A stretch of 64,000 bases of DNA. Source: a bacterium. Its GTDB lineage: Bacteria > UBA8248. A model generated the notes under the pieces. It did not search any database, was not told where the DNA came from, and saw only the letters and a list, made by a program, of their open reading frames with translations. Shown here piece by piece: positions 1-9,540 of this stretch. Location of the stretch: positions 416,001 through 480,000 of the forward strand of contig OZ244799.1 in assembly GCA_965219955.1 (NCBI GenBank). Direction: 5' to 3'. The translations under genes were made by a program, and so were the position numbers. Positions within the stretch are counted from its first letter, which is position 1; every line of letters starts with the position of its first letter.

Positions 1-164
1 CTCGCTCGGACGTCTTTACTCCCGGGCGGGAAGGATCGGAATCGAACACAAAAACGAAAGGCGAATTTTCTGAATTCCGCATCCGGACGCCGCGCGATAA
101 CAAGGTCGTGGCCGCCCTGCCCGGTGAAAAGTCAAAATGGATTCCGGCTTTCGCCGGAATGACG
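1..164. repeat. Family A (CGTC-type REP doublet, ~210 bp), left-truncated copy
   Basis: Ends in TGGATTCCGGCTTTCGCCGGAATGACG. The internal spacer is near-identical to the copies at 5438, 48838 and 51062. Confidence 0.9.
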
Positions 165-192
165 GGTGTTGTGATCTCTCCGGAAAGGTGTC

Positions 193-348
193 GTAGGGGC
201 ACTTCGTGAAGCGCCCGTTTCTCCGGAAAGGTGTCGTAGGGGCGGACCTGTGTGTCCGCCCGATTTGATGTCTCCGCTATATGAAGGGGGCGGGACGGAT
301 GATCGCTTGGGGCGGACACACAGTCAGACATATATGTCTGACCCCTAC
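193..348. repeat. GTAG-type REP palindromes (tandem unit plus inverted pair)
   Basis: GTAGGGGCACTTCGTGAAGCGCCC, then GTAGGGGCGGACCTGTGTGTCCGCCC, then an inverted partner ending GTCAGACATATATGTCTGACCCCTAC. The same pair occurs at 51296-51387. Confidence 0.8.
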
Positions 349-481
349 AAACCCCTGTCCCCGGAGTTGCTCCCGCATTCACCGCTATTGCGCGCAACGC
401 CTTCCTCGTCCCGAACGGGCCGGACGGCGATCAGCGGAGTCTAAAAACGCGCGCGGCCTGCTCTCCCGCCTGCGCGAAAGT

Positions 482-946
482 CTAGTTCGTCACCTTCAGG
501 GAGTAATCGGGCGTCGGGTTCAGGGGGCATGAATAATAATAATCGCCCTCTTTGAGCGTGATGTGGTAATCCCTCGATTTCCCCTTGGTGAGGCCGCCCC
601 CCGAGACCTTCGGCAGCGTGAGGCGTCCGACCCCTGCGCCCCTCAGATAAAACCCGAGCCCGTAGGGCACGTTCTTGTTCGTCACCCGGAAAATATAGGG
701 GCCTGGCTTCAGCGTGATGGTTTTGGAGCCGGCGAGGCGCTTTTTCCCGCTCTTGGAGTTGATGGCCTTGCAGTCGGCCGACCCCGTGGTCTTGAAGCCG
801 TGGTCCTCCCCCTCGGGTTCGGTGAACTGGCACCCCGTCTGGGTGAGGGTGATGACGGTCGGCTCGGCGGCGTTCACGCCGGTCGATGCGAGGGGGAGCA
901 AGGATACCGCAAGGAGAATCATGAGCGTTTTCTGGACGTTTTGCAT
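482..946 (-). CDS. Secreted cupredoxin-like domain protein
   Basis: AAGGA RBS before MQNVQK; signal peptide ending VNA-A; C-terminal GDYYYSCPLNPTP resembles a cupredoxin Cys loop. Confidence 0.65.
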   Translation of the reverse strand: MQNVQKTLMILLAVSLLPLASTGVNAAEPTVITLTQTGCQFTEPEGEDHGFKTTGSADCKAINSKSGKKRLAGSKTITLKPGPYIFRVTNKNVPYGLGFYLRGAGVGRLTLPKVSGGGLTKGKSRDYHITLKEGDYYYSCPLNPTPDYSLKVTN

Positions 947-1124
947 GGCGTTGTTCCTTATTCGGATCTTCCAGCATTTGATTCGCCGGGGAGATACGCC
1001 GGGCTTGGCAGGCGGCTGTTTTCGATGACAGTCGCATTCTATTATACAGGCGCTCTTCGAAGAGCATACCAAAAAGATGCGTCGGGTTGATGAAAAAACG
1101 TCGAACAAATCGTCAACAATGATA

Positions 1125-2195
1125 TCAGGCCGGCAGGCTGAACCAGATGTGGATGACGCCTTCGTCATGCCAGGCGCCCACTTCGCCTCCGTGCGCCTCG
1201 ATGAGAGCCTTCACTATCGCCAGTCCGATGCCCGCTCCCCCGCTTTCGCGAGAACGCGATTTTTCCGTGCGGTAGAACCTCTCGAAGATGAGCCCGACAT
1301 CTTCCTTCTCTTTCGGGAAATCCTTGCAGGTATTTGAAAATACGATCTTCATCCCGTTTTTTCGCTGCTCCGCCCGGACGCGGAACTCCCCTCCCTCGGG
1401 CGTGTGCCGGCATGCGTTCTGGACGATGTTTCCCAAAGCCTGGACGATTTTGTCCCGGTCCGCCCGCACTGCGCGCCACTCGCCGCCGAAATCCACGGTC
1501 ACCCCGATTTTTCTGGCTTCGAAATCGCGCCGGTAGAGTTCGATGACGCGCTCGACCAGATGCGGCAAATCGATTTCCTCTCGTCGTAGATAGACCTTTG
1601 CGGCCTCGGCGCGGGCGAGTTGATGAAAATCCTGGACCAGGCGCACGAGACGCAGAATTTCATCCTTCAGCATGGAGAACGTCTCTTTGGCGGGCGGAAT
1701 GGCGCCATCGGACAGGCCCTCGAGGTAGCCTCGCACCGTGGTGAGCGGGGTTCTCAGCTCATGGGCGACATCCACCAGCATGGTTTTTCTCAGGTTTTCG
1801 ATTTTCTCCAGATTCTCGGCCATCTGGTTGAACATCACCCCGAACTGGCCGACCTCGTCTTTCGATGAGATATCCGCGCGCGCGGTGAAATCGCCCAGCG
1901 ATACTTTCCGGGATACTTCCGCCATCGCGTACAGCGGACGCAACACCCTTCGGGTGAGGAAGAAACTCAAGGCGACGGCCATGATCATGGCGAGTATGCT
2001 CGTGTTGATGATGTGGCGATGCACGGCGTCCAGGAACATCTGGTGTATTTCCGTGGGCGAGATGTTGTATTTGCGCATCAGGGCGGCGAAGTAATCGGCG
2101 GAGAGGAAATTGATCGACGTCCAGACAACCAGAATGACCAGCACGATGACCGGAAGGTTGGTGGCCAGGAGTTTCCAGAGCAGGCGACTCTTCAT
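1125..2195 (-). CDS. Sensor histidine kinase (HAMP-HisKA-HATPase, BaeS-like)
   Basis: Two TM segments, HAMP region, H-box VAHELRTPLT, N box NIVQNACRH, G2 box GAGIGLAIVK. Confidence 0.92.
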   Translation of the reverse strand: MKSRLLWKLLATNLPVIVLVILVVWTSINFLSADYFAALMRKYNISPTEIHQMFLDAVHRHIINTSILAMIMAVALSFFLTRRVLRPLYAMAEVSRKVSLGDFTARADISSKDEVGQFGVMFNQMAENLEKIENLRKTMLVDVAHELRTPLTTVRGYLEGLSDGAIPPAKETFSMLKDEILRLVRLVQDFHQLARAEAAKVYLRREEIDLPHLVERVIELYRRDFEARKIGVTVDFGGEWRAVRADRDKIVQALGNIVQNACRHTPEGGEFRVRAEQRKNGMKIVFSNTCKDFPKEKEDVGLIFERFYRTEKSRSRESGGAGIGLAIVKALIEAHGGEVGAWHDEGVIHIWFSLPA

Positions 2196-2196
2196 G

Positions 2197-2907
2197 CTAA
2201 TGATCTCCTTGTTCTTCCGCTTCCGCAAAACGATACCCCACACCGCGCACCGTGAGGATGAGATGGGGATTCGCTGAGTTGCACTCGATTTTTTGCCGAA
2301 GTTTCCCGATGTGGACATCCACAACGCGAGCGACCACGGCGTCCGAGGTATGGTAGAGCCTGGTGAGTAGTTCGTGGCGGGAAAAAACGCGCCCGGGCGC
2401 GCTCATGAGCGTCAGGAGCAGCTTGTATTCCGAAGGGGTGAGCGCTACGGGTTTGCCGTTTCGGGTGAGTTTGTGTTTTTCGGGCTCCAGAATGAGGTTG
2501 CCGAAAGAGATTTTCGCCTTCCGGAGCATGGGCGCGTTTTTGGTGCGCCTGAGGATGGCCTTGACGCGCTCGATGAGTTCTTTCGGGCTGAAGGGCTTGA
2601 CGACGTAATCATCGGCGCCCAGCGAGAAGCCGAGAAGCCTGTCGATCTCTCCCTCCCTGGCCGTGAGCATCAGGATGGGAACTTCGGACTCCTCCCGGAG
2701 CCGCCTGCAAACCTCCCACCCGTTCATTTTCGGGAGCATCAGATCGAGCACGACGAAAACGGGCGTCCACTCGCGCGCCAGTTGCAGGGCCCGCTCCCCG
2801 TCATGAGCGATGATGGTGTGGAAACCTTCCTGGCGTAAAGATTTGTCGATGAGCGATGCGATGTTTTTCTCATCCTCGACGATGAGAATGGAATCTTTCT
2901 GGTTCAT
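2197..2907 (-). CDS. OmpR-family response regulator
   Basis: ILIVEDE, LDLMLP, GADDYVVKPF, wHTH VDVHIGKLRQK and TVRGVGYRF. Confidence 0.95.
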   Translation of the reverse strand: MNQKDSILIVEDEKNIASLIDKSLRQEGFHTIIAHDGERALQLAREWTPVFVVLDLMLPKMNGWEVCRRLREESEVPILMLTAREGEIDRLLGFSLGADDYVVKPFSPKELIERVKAILRRTKNAPMLRKAKISFGNLILEPEKHKLTRNGKPVALTPSEYKLLLTLMSAPGRVFSRHELLTRLYHTSDAVVARVVDVHIGKLRQKIECNSANPHLILTVRGVGYRFAEAEEQGDH

Positions 2908-3094
2908 GGAATTGCTTCCCCGCCTCGAGTACCTGAAGTACCTGTTGAAATGTTATCAACGAAGGCGGCGCCGCAACGTTAAGATTCTGTAAGGAATTTC
3001 AGAGGTGAGTCAAGAAAAAAAATGAAGGGTTGGCGAGTAAAAACGCAGCACTGACTCCCGCATCATCTGTTGCGGTGTTCTACGCGAGTGCTTC

Positions 3095-3985
3095 TTATTC
3101 TTCGAGACCCATCAGGCGGGCGGGGTTTCGCTGCACCATCCAGCGAATCTCCTCGTCTTCGAACCCCAGGCGCAGCATCGTGGCGATGAACATGCGCAGC
3201 ATTTCCGTCGGCGGGGGATTGAGGTCGAGTTGCGCGTCGGTGCTCATCACGCATCGCTCGGGGCCGAGTGCGCGCGCGGTTTCGGCCACTTTCACCGGGT
3301 CCAGGTCGCGCCACATGGGGAAGGCCGATATCCAGGTGAACTCGACGATGTAGCCCAAATCCGCCACCTCGCGCAGCTGCCCCTCGCTCGCGTCGATGAT
3401 GAAGATGATCGGATGGGTGAAGATGAATTTCTTGACCCCGATCTCCTTCGCGCGCCTCGCCAGGGCGACGCCTTCCTCCGCCGACAAATGCCCCGTGGCC
3501 ACGGCCACGTCCGCGTCGCGGGCGATTTCGAGTATGGCGTCCGCCTCGGGGCGTACCGCGCCGTCTGCGTCCAGAACGGTCAGGCCCTGCGCGGGCGGGG
3601 GCTGCCTGTAGGCTTCCGCGATGCGTTTGCTGTAGGCGCCCACCGCGATGTCGTTCGCCGCGGAGTAGGTGGGCATCCAGATGACCTTCACGCCGAGGCG
3701 CGCCGCGCTTTCCGCCGCGAAGGGCGAAAGACCGCCCACGTTGGCGTTCAGCGTGATGGCGCCGAAGGCCGTGACGCCCGGATAGACCTCGTTCAGGATC
3801 CTCGCCTGGGCGATGGTGGGCCACAGGTGGCTCTTCATCACGAAGCCGCGCATGCCGACGTCGCGCGCGAGTTCGGCCCATTCGTGGTCCAGCACGCGGC
3901 CTGGTTCTTCCAGGAATACCTGGGGGAAGATGTGGGCGTGAACGTCGATGGCGCCTTCGAGGAGGTCGTCGGCCTTGGTGCGCAT
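3095..3985 (-). CDS. Metal-dependent amidohydrolase-like protein (DUF6282-type)
   Basis: IDVHAH, MKSH, WMPT, ATGH, FTHP and STD motifs. Confidence 0.75.
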   Translation of the reverse strand: MRTKADDLLEGAIDVHAHIFPQVFLEEPGRVLDHEWAELARDVGMRGFVMKSHLWPTIAQARILNEVYPGVTAFGAITLNANVGGLSPFAAESAARLGVKVIWMPTYSAANDIAVGAYSKRIAEAYRQPPPAQGLTVLDADGAVRPEADAILEIARDADVAVATGHLSAEEGVALARRAKEIGVKKFIFTHPIIFIIDASEGQLREVADLGYIVEFTWISAFPMWRDLDPVKVAETARALGPERCVMSTDAQLDLNPPPTEMLRMFIATMLRLGFEDEEIRWMVQRNPARLMGLEE

Positions 3986-4155
3986 GAAGAAAAACCCTCC
4001 GGGTGCGAGCAGGAAAATCGCTTGAGATCGAAAAAGTCATCATGCGCCATGCGGGGGCGGCGGGCAAGCCGGTTCCCGCCGCGCCGTCCAGGTGATATTC
4101 TCCAATAAAGTTCTCATGAGCAGGAATAACGATTTCTCCCTGAAAAGGATTTCCC

Positions 4156-5286
4156 ATGCCCCCCACCCAGAGCATCGGAACGCCGGTGCGTGAAATCGAA
4201 ACGCCCGCCCTGCTGGTCGACCTCGACGTCATGGAGGAGAACCTCGCGTTGATGGCGAAGCGCCTGGAAGGAACGGGCGTGAGTCTCCGCGCCCACGCCA
4301 AGACGCACAAGAGCCCCTGGCTCGCGAGAAAGCAGATGGCGCTCGGCGCGGTGGGGGTTTGCTGCCAGAAGGTGAGCGAGGCCGAGGTGATGGTGGAAGG
4401 CGGCGTCGGGAACGTCCTCGTGAGCAGCGAGGTCACGGCCGCCTCGAAGCTCAGGCGTCTGGCCGCGCTCGCGCGCCATGCGGACCTGATGGTGGTGGTG
4501 GATCACCCCCAGGGGGTGGCGATGCTCTCAGAAGCCGTGACGGCGGCAGGAGCGGAAATCGGCGTGCTCGTCGACGTGGACGTGGGCCAGGGCCGCTGCG
4601 GCGTCGCTCCCGGAGAGGCGGCGGTGGAACTGGCCCGGCGCGTGGAGGCGGCGAAAGGGCTCGAACTCAAGGGGATTCAGGCTTATCAGGGAAAAGCCCA
4701 GCACGTGGACGGCTTCGCCGAGCGGCGCGGGGTTTACGCAGACGCCATCGCGCGGATGCGCGAGACGGTGGACGCGTTCGAGGCCGCGGGGCTTCCGCTT
4801 GAGATCAGGAGCGGCGGCGGCACGGGTTCATGGCGCTGGGACGCGGAATCCGGCGTGCTGAACGAGCTCCAGGCGGGCAGCTATCTCTTCATGGATTCGC
4901 ATTACAAGAGCATCGGCGGCGAGGACTCGGAGACTTATGACGACTTCAGGCCGAGTCTTTTCGTGCTGACGACCGTGGTGAGCGCGCCCGGCCCCGGCCA
5001 CGTCGTGATGGACGCCGGCCACAAGGCGCTCTCCTCGGACAGCGGGCTGGCGCCCTGCCTCGAACTCGAGGGCGCCGTGCACGCGCGGGCGTCTGATGAG
5101 CACGGCGTGCTGGATCTATCCCCGGCTTCGAGGCGGCCCGAGATCGGCGAGACGCTCCTGTTCCAGCCCAGCCACTGCGACCCGACCATCAACCTCTACG
5201 ACGTCTACCACGGCATACGCGGCGGCATGGAAGAGGGCGTCCTCGAAGCCGTGATCCCCGTCGCCGCGCGCGGCTGCGTGTGGTAG
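4156..5286 (+). CDS. PLP fold-III D-amino acid aldolase/dehydratase (DSD1/D-threonine aldolase family)
   Basis: TPALLVDL, HAKTHK (PLP Lys), GGGTG, ELQAGSY, SDEHG and HCDPTINL. Confidence 0.9.
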   Translation: MPPTQSIGTPVREIETPALLVDLDVMEENLALMAKRLEGTGVSLRAHAKTHKSPWLARKQMALGAVGVCCQKVSEAEVMVEGGVGNVLVSSEVTAASKLRRLAALARHADLMVVVDHPQGVAMLSEAVTAAGAEIGVLVDVDVGQGRCGVAPGEAAVELARRVEAAKGLELKGIQAYQGKAQHVDGFAERRGVYADAIARMRETVDAFEAAGLPLEIRSGGGTGSWRWDAESGVLNELQAGSYLFMDSHYKSIGGEDSETYDDFRPSLFVLTTVVSAPGPGHVVMDAGHKALSSDSGLAPCLELEGAVHARASDEHGVLDLSPASRRPEIGETLLFQPSHCDPTINLYDVYHGIRGGMEEGVLEAVIPVAARGCVW

Positions 5287-5304
5287 CTCAACCCCGACCG
5301 GTGA

Positions 5305-5747
5305 GGGCTTGTTGAAAAACCCGGCATGGGAATCCTGCCGGCAGAAGGTTTGTAGGGACAGGCCTCCGTGCCTGTCCTGCGTCTGCGGGCCGCATAGATT
5401 CGGCCCGTTCTGTCAGTGAAAGAAAAGGGGAAAGGTTCGTCATTCCGGCGAAAGCCGGAATCCATTTTCGCCTTTGTCTTTGGCCTTTCGCCCGGTCGTC
5501 CTCTCTCCCGGGCGGGGAGGATCGGAATCGAACACGAAAGGCGAATTCTCTGAATCCCTCATGCCGACGCCGCGCGACAACAAGGTCGTGGCCGTCCTGC
5601 CCGGTAAAAAGTCAAAATGGATTCCGGCTTTCGCCGGAATGACGGCTTCGTGGTGAACCGCATCAGCTGTCTCCGGAACGACGCCCGAATCCAGGCGCAC
5701 ACGAAAAGCATCCTCAATTCCAACCGAGAAGGTTTTTCAACAACCCC
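5305..5747. mobile_element. MITE-like composite with IS-like inverted termini enclosing a GTAG REP and a family A doublet
   Basis: GGGCTTGTTGAAAAA...TTTTTCAACAACCCC ends. The right ~310 bp matches 48838-49155. Confidence 0.7.
5438..5644. repeat. Family A CGTC-type REP doublet
   Basis: CGTCATTCCGGCGAAAGCCGGAATCCA...TGGATTCCGGCTTTCGCCGGAATGACG. Confidence 0.92.
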
Positions 5748-5811
5748 TTGCCAAGGGGGCTTTTTGGGCAACCCCGGGAATACAGGATGCGGCCCCTGCC
5801 AACCCTGGCCC

Positions 5812-6336
5812 CTACGCCGGCTTTCCGAACGTGGCCACCCGGTCCACGCGGCATTCGAAGAGCACGCGCTTCTCGTCGATGGCGGGGTCTCTGAGCGCGT
5901 AGGGCGGGTCCGCGCCCGTGTATTTCGTCCAGATGCGGTCGAGCTGCTCCGTCGCCCGCTCGCCGCCCGGTCCGTCCTCGTGTATCTCGTTCACCACCGT
6001 GCACTTGATGCTCATCCAGTGGTAGGGGTTCTCGGGGTTCACGAGGAGGATCGTGAGTTGCGGGTTGTTCCGAATCCATCCGCACTTGGGCCGGTGTGCG
6101 GCCGTGTTCACCAGAATGGTGTCGCCCTCGTAGTCGAACCACATGGGCGTCATGTTCACGCGCCCGTCGGGGCCGATGAGGCCGAGCGTGACGGTGATTT
6201 TCATGTCCAGCAAATCCCTGTAGATGGGGTCCAGGTCCGCCAGGCCGCTCGCCTTCGCCCTCTCGCCTATGGCGAACTGGCCCTCCTGCAGACCCTCGGA
6301 CACGTCCTTGAACTTGGCTACGGTGAATTCCGCCAT
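5812..6336 (-). CDS. Pyridoxamine 5'-phosphate oxidase-like (PPOX-class) flavin/F420-binding protein
   Basis: Split-barrel pattern GPDGRVNMTPMWF...VNT...K...IRNNPQLT...NPYHW. Confidence 0.8.
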   Translation of the reverse strand: MAEFTVAKFKDVSEGLQEGQFAIGERAKASGLADLDPIYRDLLDMKITVTLGLIGPDGRVNMTPMWFDYEGDTILVNTAAHRPKCGWIRNNPQLTILLVNPENPYHWMSIKCTVVNEIHEDGPGGERATEQLDRIWTKYTGADPPYALRDPAIDEKRVLFECRVDRVATFGKPA

Positions 6337-6384
6337 CGCGCACGTCCTCCTGAAGCGTGAAAAAGTGATATGTGGATTTCCCGG

Positions 6385-6413
6385 ATGCTAGCAGGGGGCG
6401 GGCGGCCCGGCAA
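6385..6413 (-). promoter_or_regulatory. Sigma70-like promoter of the PPOX gene
   Basis: Minus strand TTGCCG-N17-TAGCAT, about 50 bp upstream of the start. Confidence 0.5.
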
Positions 6414-6544
6414 GGGGAAGGGCGGATCGCCGCGAAGCTGTCTCCGGTCTTGCGCTATGCCCTCTCCGCCGCCGTGTCGTTGCGGATGCCGACGTTTTGA
6501 CGTATGGTAGAAGGAGTAATTTTTTTCTACCCTGGGAGTCGGCG

Positions 6545-6802
6545 ATGGGTCTCAACATCAAAAATGAGGAAACCTGCAGGCTCGCTGCTGATTTGGCCCG
6601 ACTGACCGGCGAGACGAAGACCGGCGCGATTACGGTCGCCCTGCAGGAACGTCTCGAACGCGAGAAAAGGCTGCGCGACGCAGACGTTCGCGCTCAGAAA
6701 CTGCGCGCCATCGCGGAGCGCTGTGCGAAACTTTTGGATCCGGGGCCTTCCGCCGTGGAGCACGGCGACGTGCTATACGACGAACGGGGGTTACCGAAGT
6801 GA
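6545..6802 (+). CDS. vapB: Type II antitoxin, VapB (Rv0623-like)
   Basis: MGLNIKNEE...LARLTGETKTGAI...LYDERGLPK; 4-bp overlap with the PIN gene. Confidence 0.88.
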   Translation: MGLNIKNEETCRLAADLARLTGETKTGAITVALQERLEREKRLRDADVRAQKLRAIAERCAKLLDPGPSAVEHGDVLYDERGLPK

Positions 6803-7185
6803 TCGTCGACAGTTCGGCGCTCCTCGCCGTTCTCTACCGCGAGGAGGACGCGGAACGCTACGAGAAGGCGATCGCTTCGGCCGCGCATCCTCGCATGTCG
6901 GTCGCCAATGTGCTGGAAACTTCCATCGTCCTGGAAGGTCGCGGCGGCGCGGCGGCGGGGCACGAACTCGATTTGTTCCTGAGAGACGCCGAAATCGAAT
7001 TGGCGCCTGTTGGCCTGGAACATCTGGAAGCGGCCCGGCGCGCCTGGCGGCGCTTCGGCAAGGGGAATCATCCGGCATCGCTGAACTTCGGAGATTGCTT
7101 CGCCTATGCGCTCGCCGACCTGATGGACGAGCCGCTGCTGTTCAAGGGCGAGGACTTCACCCACACCGATATCGAGGCGGCTTGA
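6799..7185 (+). CDS. vapC: Type II toxin, VapC PIN ribonuclease
   Basis: MIVDSSALLA...E...LNFGDCFAYA...LLFKGEDF. Confidence 0.93.
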   Translation: MIVDSSALLAVLYREEDAERYEKAIASAAHPRMSVANVLETSIVLEGRGGAAAGHELDLFLRDAEIELAPVGLEHLEAARRAWRRFGKGNHPASLNFGDCFAYALADLMDEPLLFKGEDFTHTDIEAA

Positions 7186-7360
7186 ACGCGAAAGCCCTGT
7201 GGAATGCGCCTGGGAGCAGATGGTACAGAGCGCGTTCTTCACGATTTTGTCGGGATTGGTATCGTCCACTGGAGGCGTGGCGTGGGCGGCCCGGCAAGGG
7301 GAGGGAGAGATGTGCCGTGCGTCGAGCAATGGGGTAATTCGAGAACCATGCTTGTATTAT

Positions 7361-7395
7361 TCCCATAATAGGCATAATAATGCCCATTATGGGTA
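7361..7395. promoter_or_regulatory. Paired palindromic operator upstream of the HTH-MNT gene
   Basis: TCCCATAATAGGCA and TGCCCATTATGGGTA in an AT-rich patch overlapping the first possible start. Confidence 0.55.
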
Positions 7396-7421
7396 ATTTA
7401 ACGACAAGACATCCCTCACGT

Positions 7422-8051
7422 ATGACTCGCCGCAGGGCGTCCGGGCCCGGCGCCGCATCCACAGGTCTCGCGGATGCGCTGTTCACCACCACCCAGCAGC
7501 GGCTCCTGGCGTTGCTGTTCGGGCAGCCCGGACGGAGCTTTTTCGCGAGCGAATTGATCCGGTTGACGGGGTCCGGCTCCGGCGCCGTGCAGCGTGAACT
7601 CAAGCGCTTCGCCTCAAGCGGGCTGGTGAGCGTCACCCCTATCGGCAGGCAGAAACATTACCAGGCCAATCCGGATTGTCCGGTGTTCGAGGAGATGAGC
7701 GGCATCGTGCGCAAGACGCTCGCCCTGGCGGAACCGATCCGGCGGGCGTTGGAGGCTCTCGCCAATCGCATCGAGCTTGCCCTGGTGTACGGGTCGGTCG
7801 TACAGGGGATCGAAACGGCGGACAGCGACGTCGACCTGCTCCTCGTCGCCGACGGCGTGATGCTGGAAGAGCTCTACGAGGCGCTCTCGCCGGTGGAGAC
7901 TGGCCTCGCCCGGCGGATCAGCCCCACGCTTTACACGTCCCGGGAGTTCGAAGAGCGCAGAGCCGCCGGGAACCCTTTTCTGACGAACGTGCTCGCCGGT
8001 GAGCATGTCATCCTCATCGGAAGCGAAGATGGCGCACCCGCAACTCGATAA
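7422..8051 (+). CDS. wHTH plus minimal nucleotidyltransferase antitoxin-like protein
   Basis: N-terminal wHTH (GSGAVQRELKR) and MNT motif YGS...DSDVDLL. The start may be 7380. Confidence 0.8.
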   Translation: MTRRRASGPGAASTGLADALFTTTQQRLLALLFGQPGRSFFASELIRLTGSGSGAVQRELKRFASSGLVSVTPIGRQKHYQANPDCPVFEEMSGIVRKTLALAEPIRRALEALANRIELALVYGSVVQGIETADSDVDLLLVADGVMLEELYEALSPVETGLARRISPTLYTSREFEERRAAGNPFLTNVLAGEHVILIGSEDGAPATR

Positions 8052-8448
8052 CCTGGTGCGCATCGGCCGGCTCAAGAACGAGCCGGCTGCCGATGAGGAA
8101 ATCCAGGGTCTGGTCCGCTCGGGCGTTCGCCGCCTGAGCGACGCCGAGCGCGCAGATCTGAGCCTGGAGAGCCGTTTCGATCTGGCCTGCAACGCCGCCC
8201 ATGCGCTGGCGCTCGCCGCGTTGCGCCTGCGGGGCTATCGTTCCGATTCGCGCTACCTGGTTTTTCAATGCCTCCAGCACACCGTCGATTTGCCGCAGGC
8301 GCAGTGGCGCGTGCTGGACAACGCCCACCGCAAGCGCAACCTCGCCGGGTATGAGGGCGTGCTGGACGTAGGCGAGGAACTCATCGCCGCCTTGCTGCGG
8401 GCGGCGCGGGAAGTGGAGAGGCGCGTGCGCGACGGGATGGAGTCTTGA
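8029..8448 (+). CDS. HEPN-like partner of the MNT protein
   Basis: Helical ~139 aa protein overlapping the MNT gene; RKRNLAGY resembles the HEPN Rx4(H/Y) motif. Confidence 0.6.
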   Translation: MAHPQLDNLVRIGRLKNEPAADEEIQGLVRSGVRRLSDAERADLSLESRFDLACNAAHALALAALRLRGYRSDSRYLVFQCLQHTVDLPQAQWRVLDNAHRKRNLAGYEGVLDVGEELIAALLRAAREVERRVRDGMES

Positions 8449-8598
8449 AGCGGATTCATTTTGAATGCTCTGGAAAAACCGGCCCTTTCTTCTCTTTTTG
8501 GCTGATGGTGAAGGAGTGACGAACGAGCGACGGCATGAGCGCTTATGGTGTGCTAGGATTCGCAAAGTCGAACTTCATCGTAATTGGAGGACGGGCTT

Positions 8599-9522
8599 TT
8601 GAACCGCGTCGTATCGCTCCTGCCGAGCAGCACGGAGATCATCCACGCCTTGGGATGCGGGGAGCGCCTCGTGGGCCGCTCGCACGAGTGCGACTACCCC
8701 GCCGGAATCGCGGCGCTTCCGCCCTGCACGGCGCCCAAGTTCGACCCGAACGGCACGAGCCGCGAGATTGACGAACGCGTGAAGGCGGTGCTGCAAGACG
8801 CCGTCTCCGTCTACAGCGTCGACACCGCCCTGCTCGACGAACTGGCGCCGGATCTCGTGGTCACGCAGTCCCAATGCGAACTCTGCGCCGTGAGCCTCAA
8901 GGATGTCGAAGCGGCCGTGCGCGAACTGGTGCGCTCCAAGCCCGACGTTCTCTCGCTCGAACCCAACGCGCTGGGAGACGTCTGGCGCGACGTCGCATCG
9001 GTGGCCGAGGCCCTGGGAGTCGGTGAGCGCGGCGACGCGCTGCTGGCGGAACTGCGTGAGCGGCTGGACGCCATCGCCGCGCAAGCGCGGGAGATGGGCA
9101 AAAGACCCCGCGTCGCCTGCATCGAGTGGTACGACCCGCTCATGGCGGCGGGAAACTGGGTGCCCGAACTCGTGGAGATCGCGGGCGGGGAGGACGTCCT
9201 GGGCGTCGCCGGGGAACACTCCGACTGGCTGGAATGGGCGGCACTGGAAGAAGCCAGGCCTGAGGCGGTCGTGCTGATGCCGTGCGGTTTTGACATAGCG
9301 CGCTCGCGCCGCGAGTTGTCTGCGCTCACCGGGCGGCCGGAGTGGAAGCGCCTCGAAGCCGTGAAAAAGGGAGAAGTGTTCGTCACGGACGGGAACCAGT
9401 TCTTCAACCGACCGGGGCCGAGGCTGGTCGAATCCGCCGAGATTCTCGCGGAGATTCTCTATCCCGGCGCCTTCGCCTTCGGCCACGAGGGCGCGGGCTG
9501 GGAGCGTCTGGGCGCTGTTTGA
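8599..9522 (+). CDS. BtuF-like cobalamin-binding protein without a signal peptide
   Basis: GGAGG RBS then TTG; RVVSLLPSSTE, GRSHECDYP, TQSQCELC, FNRPGPRL. Confidence 0.8.
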   Translation: MNRVVSLLPSSTEIIHALGCGERLVGRSHECDYPAGIAALPPCTAPKFDPNGTSREIDERVKAVLQDAVSVYSVDTALLDELAPDLVVTQSQCELCAVSLKDVEAAVRELVRSKPDVLSLEPNALGDVWRDVASVAEALGVGERGDALLAELRERLDAIAAQAREMGKRPRVACIEWYDPLMAAGNWVPELVEIAGGEDVLGVAGEHSDWLEWAALEEARPEAVVLMPCGFDIARSRRELSALTGRPEWKRLEAVKKGEVFVTDGNQFFNRPGPRLVESAEILAEILYPGAFAFGHEGAGWERLGAV

Positions 9523-9540
9523 TACTCACCGGAACGAGTC

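Noticed and set aside
2928-2944. AGTACCTG tandem repeat upstream of the response regulator
   Set aside because: Only two short copies, compatible with chance.
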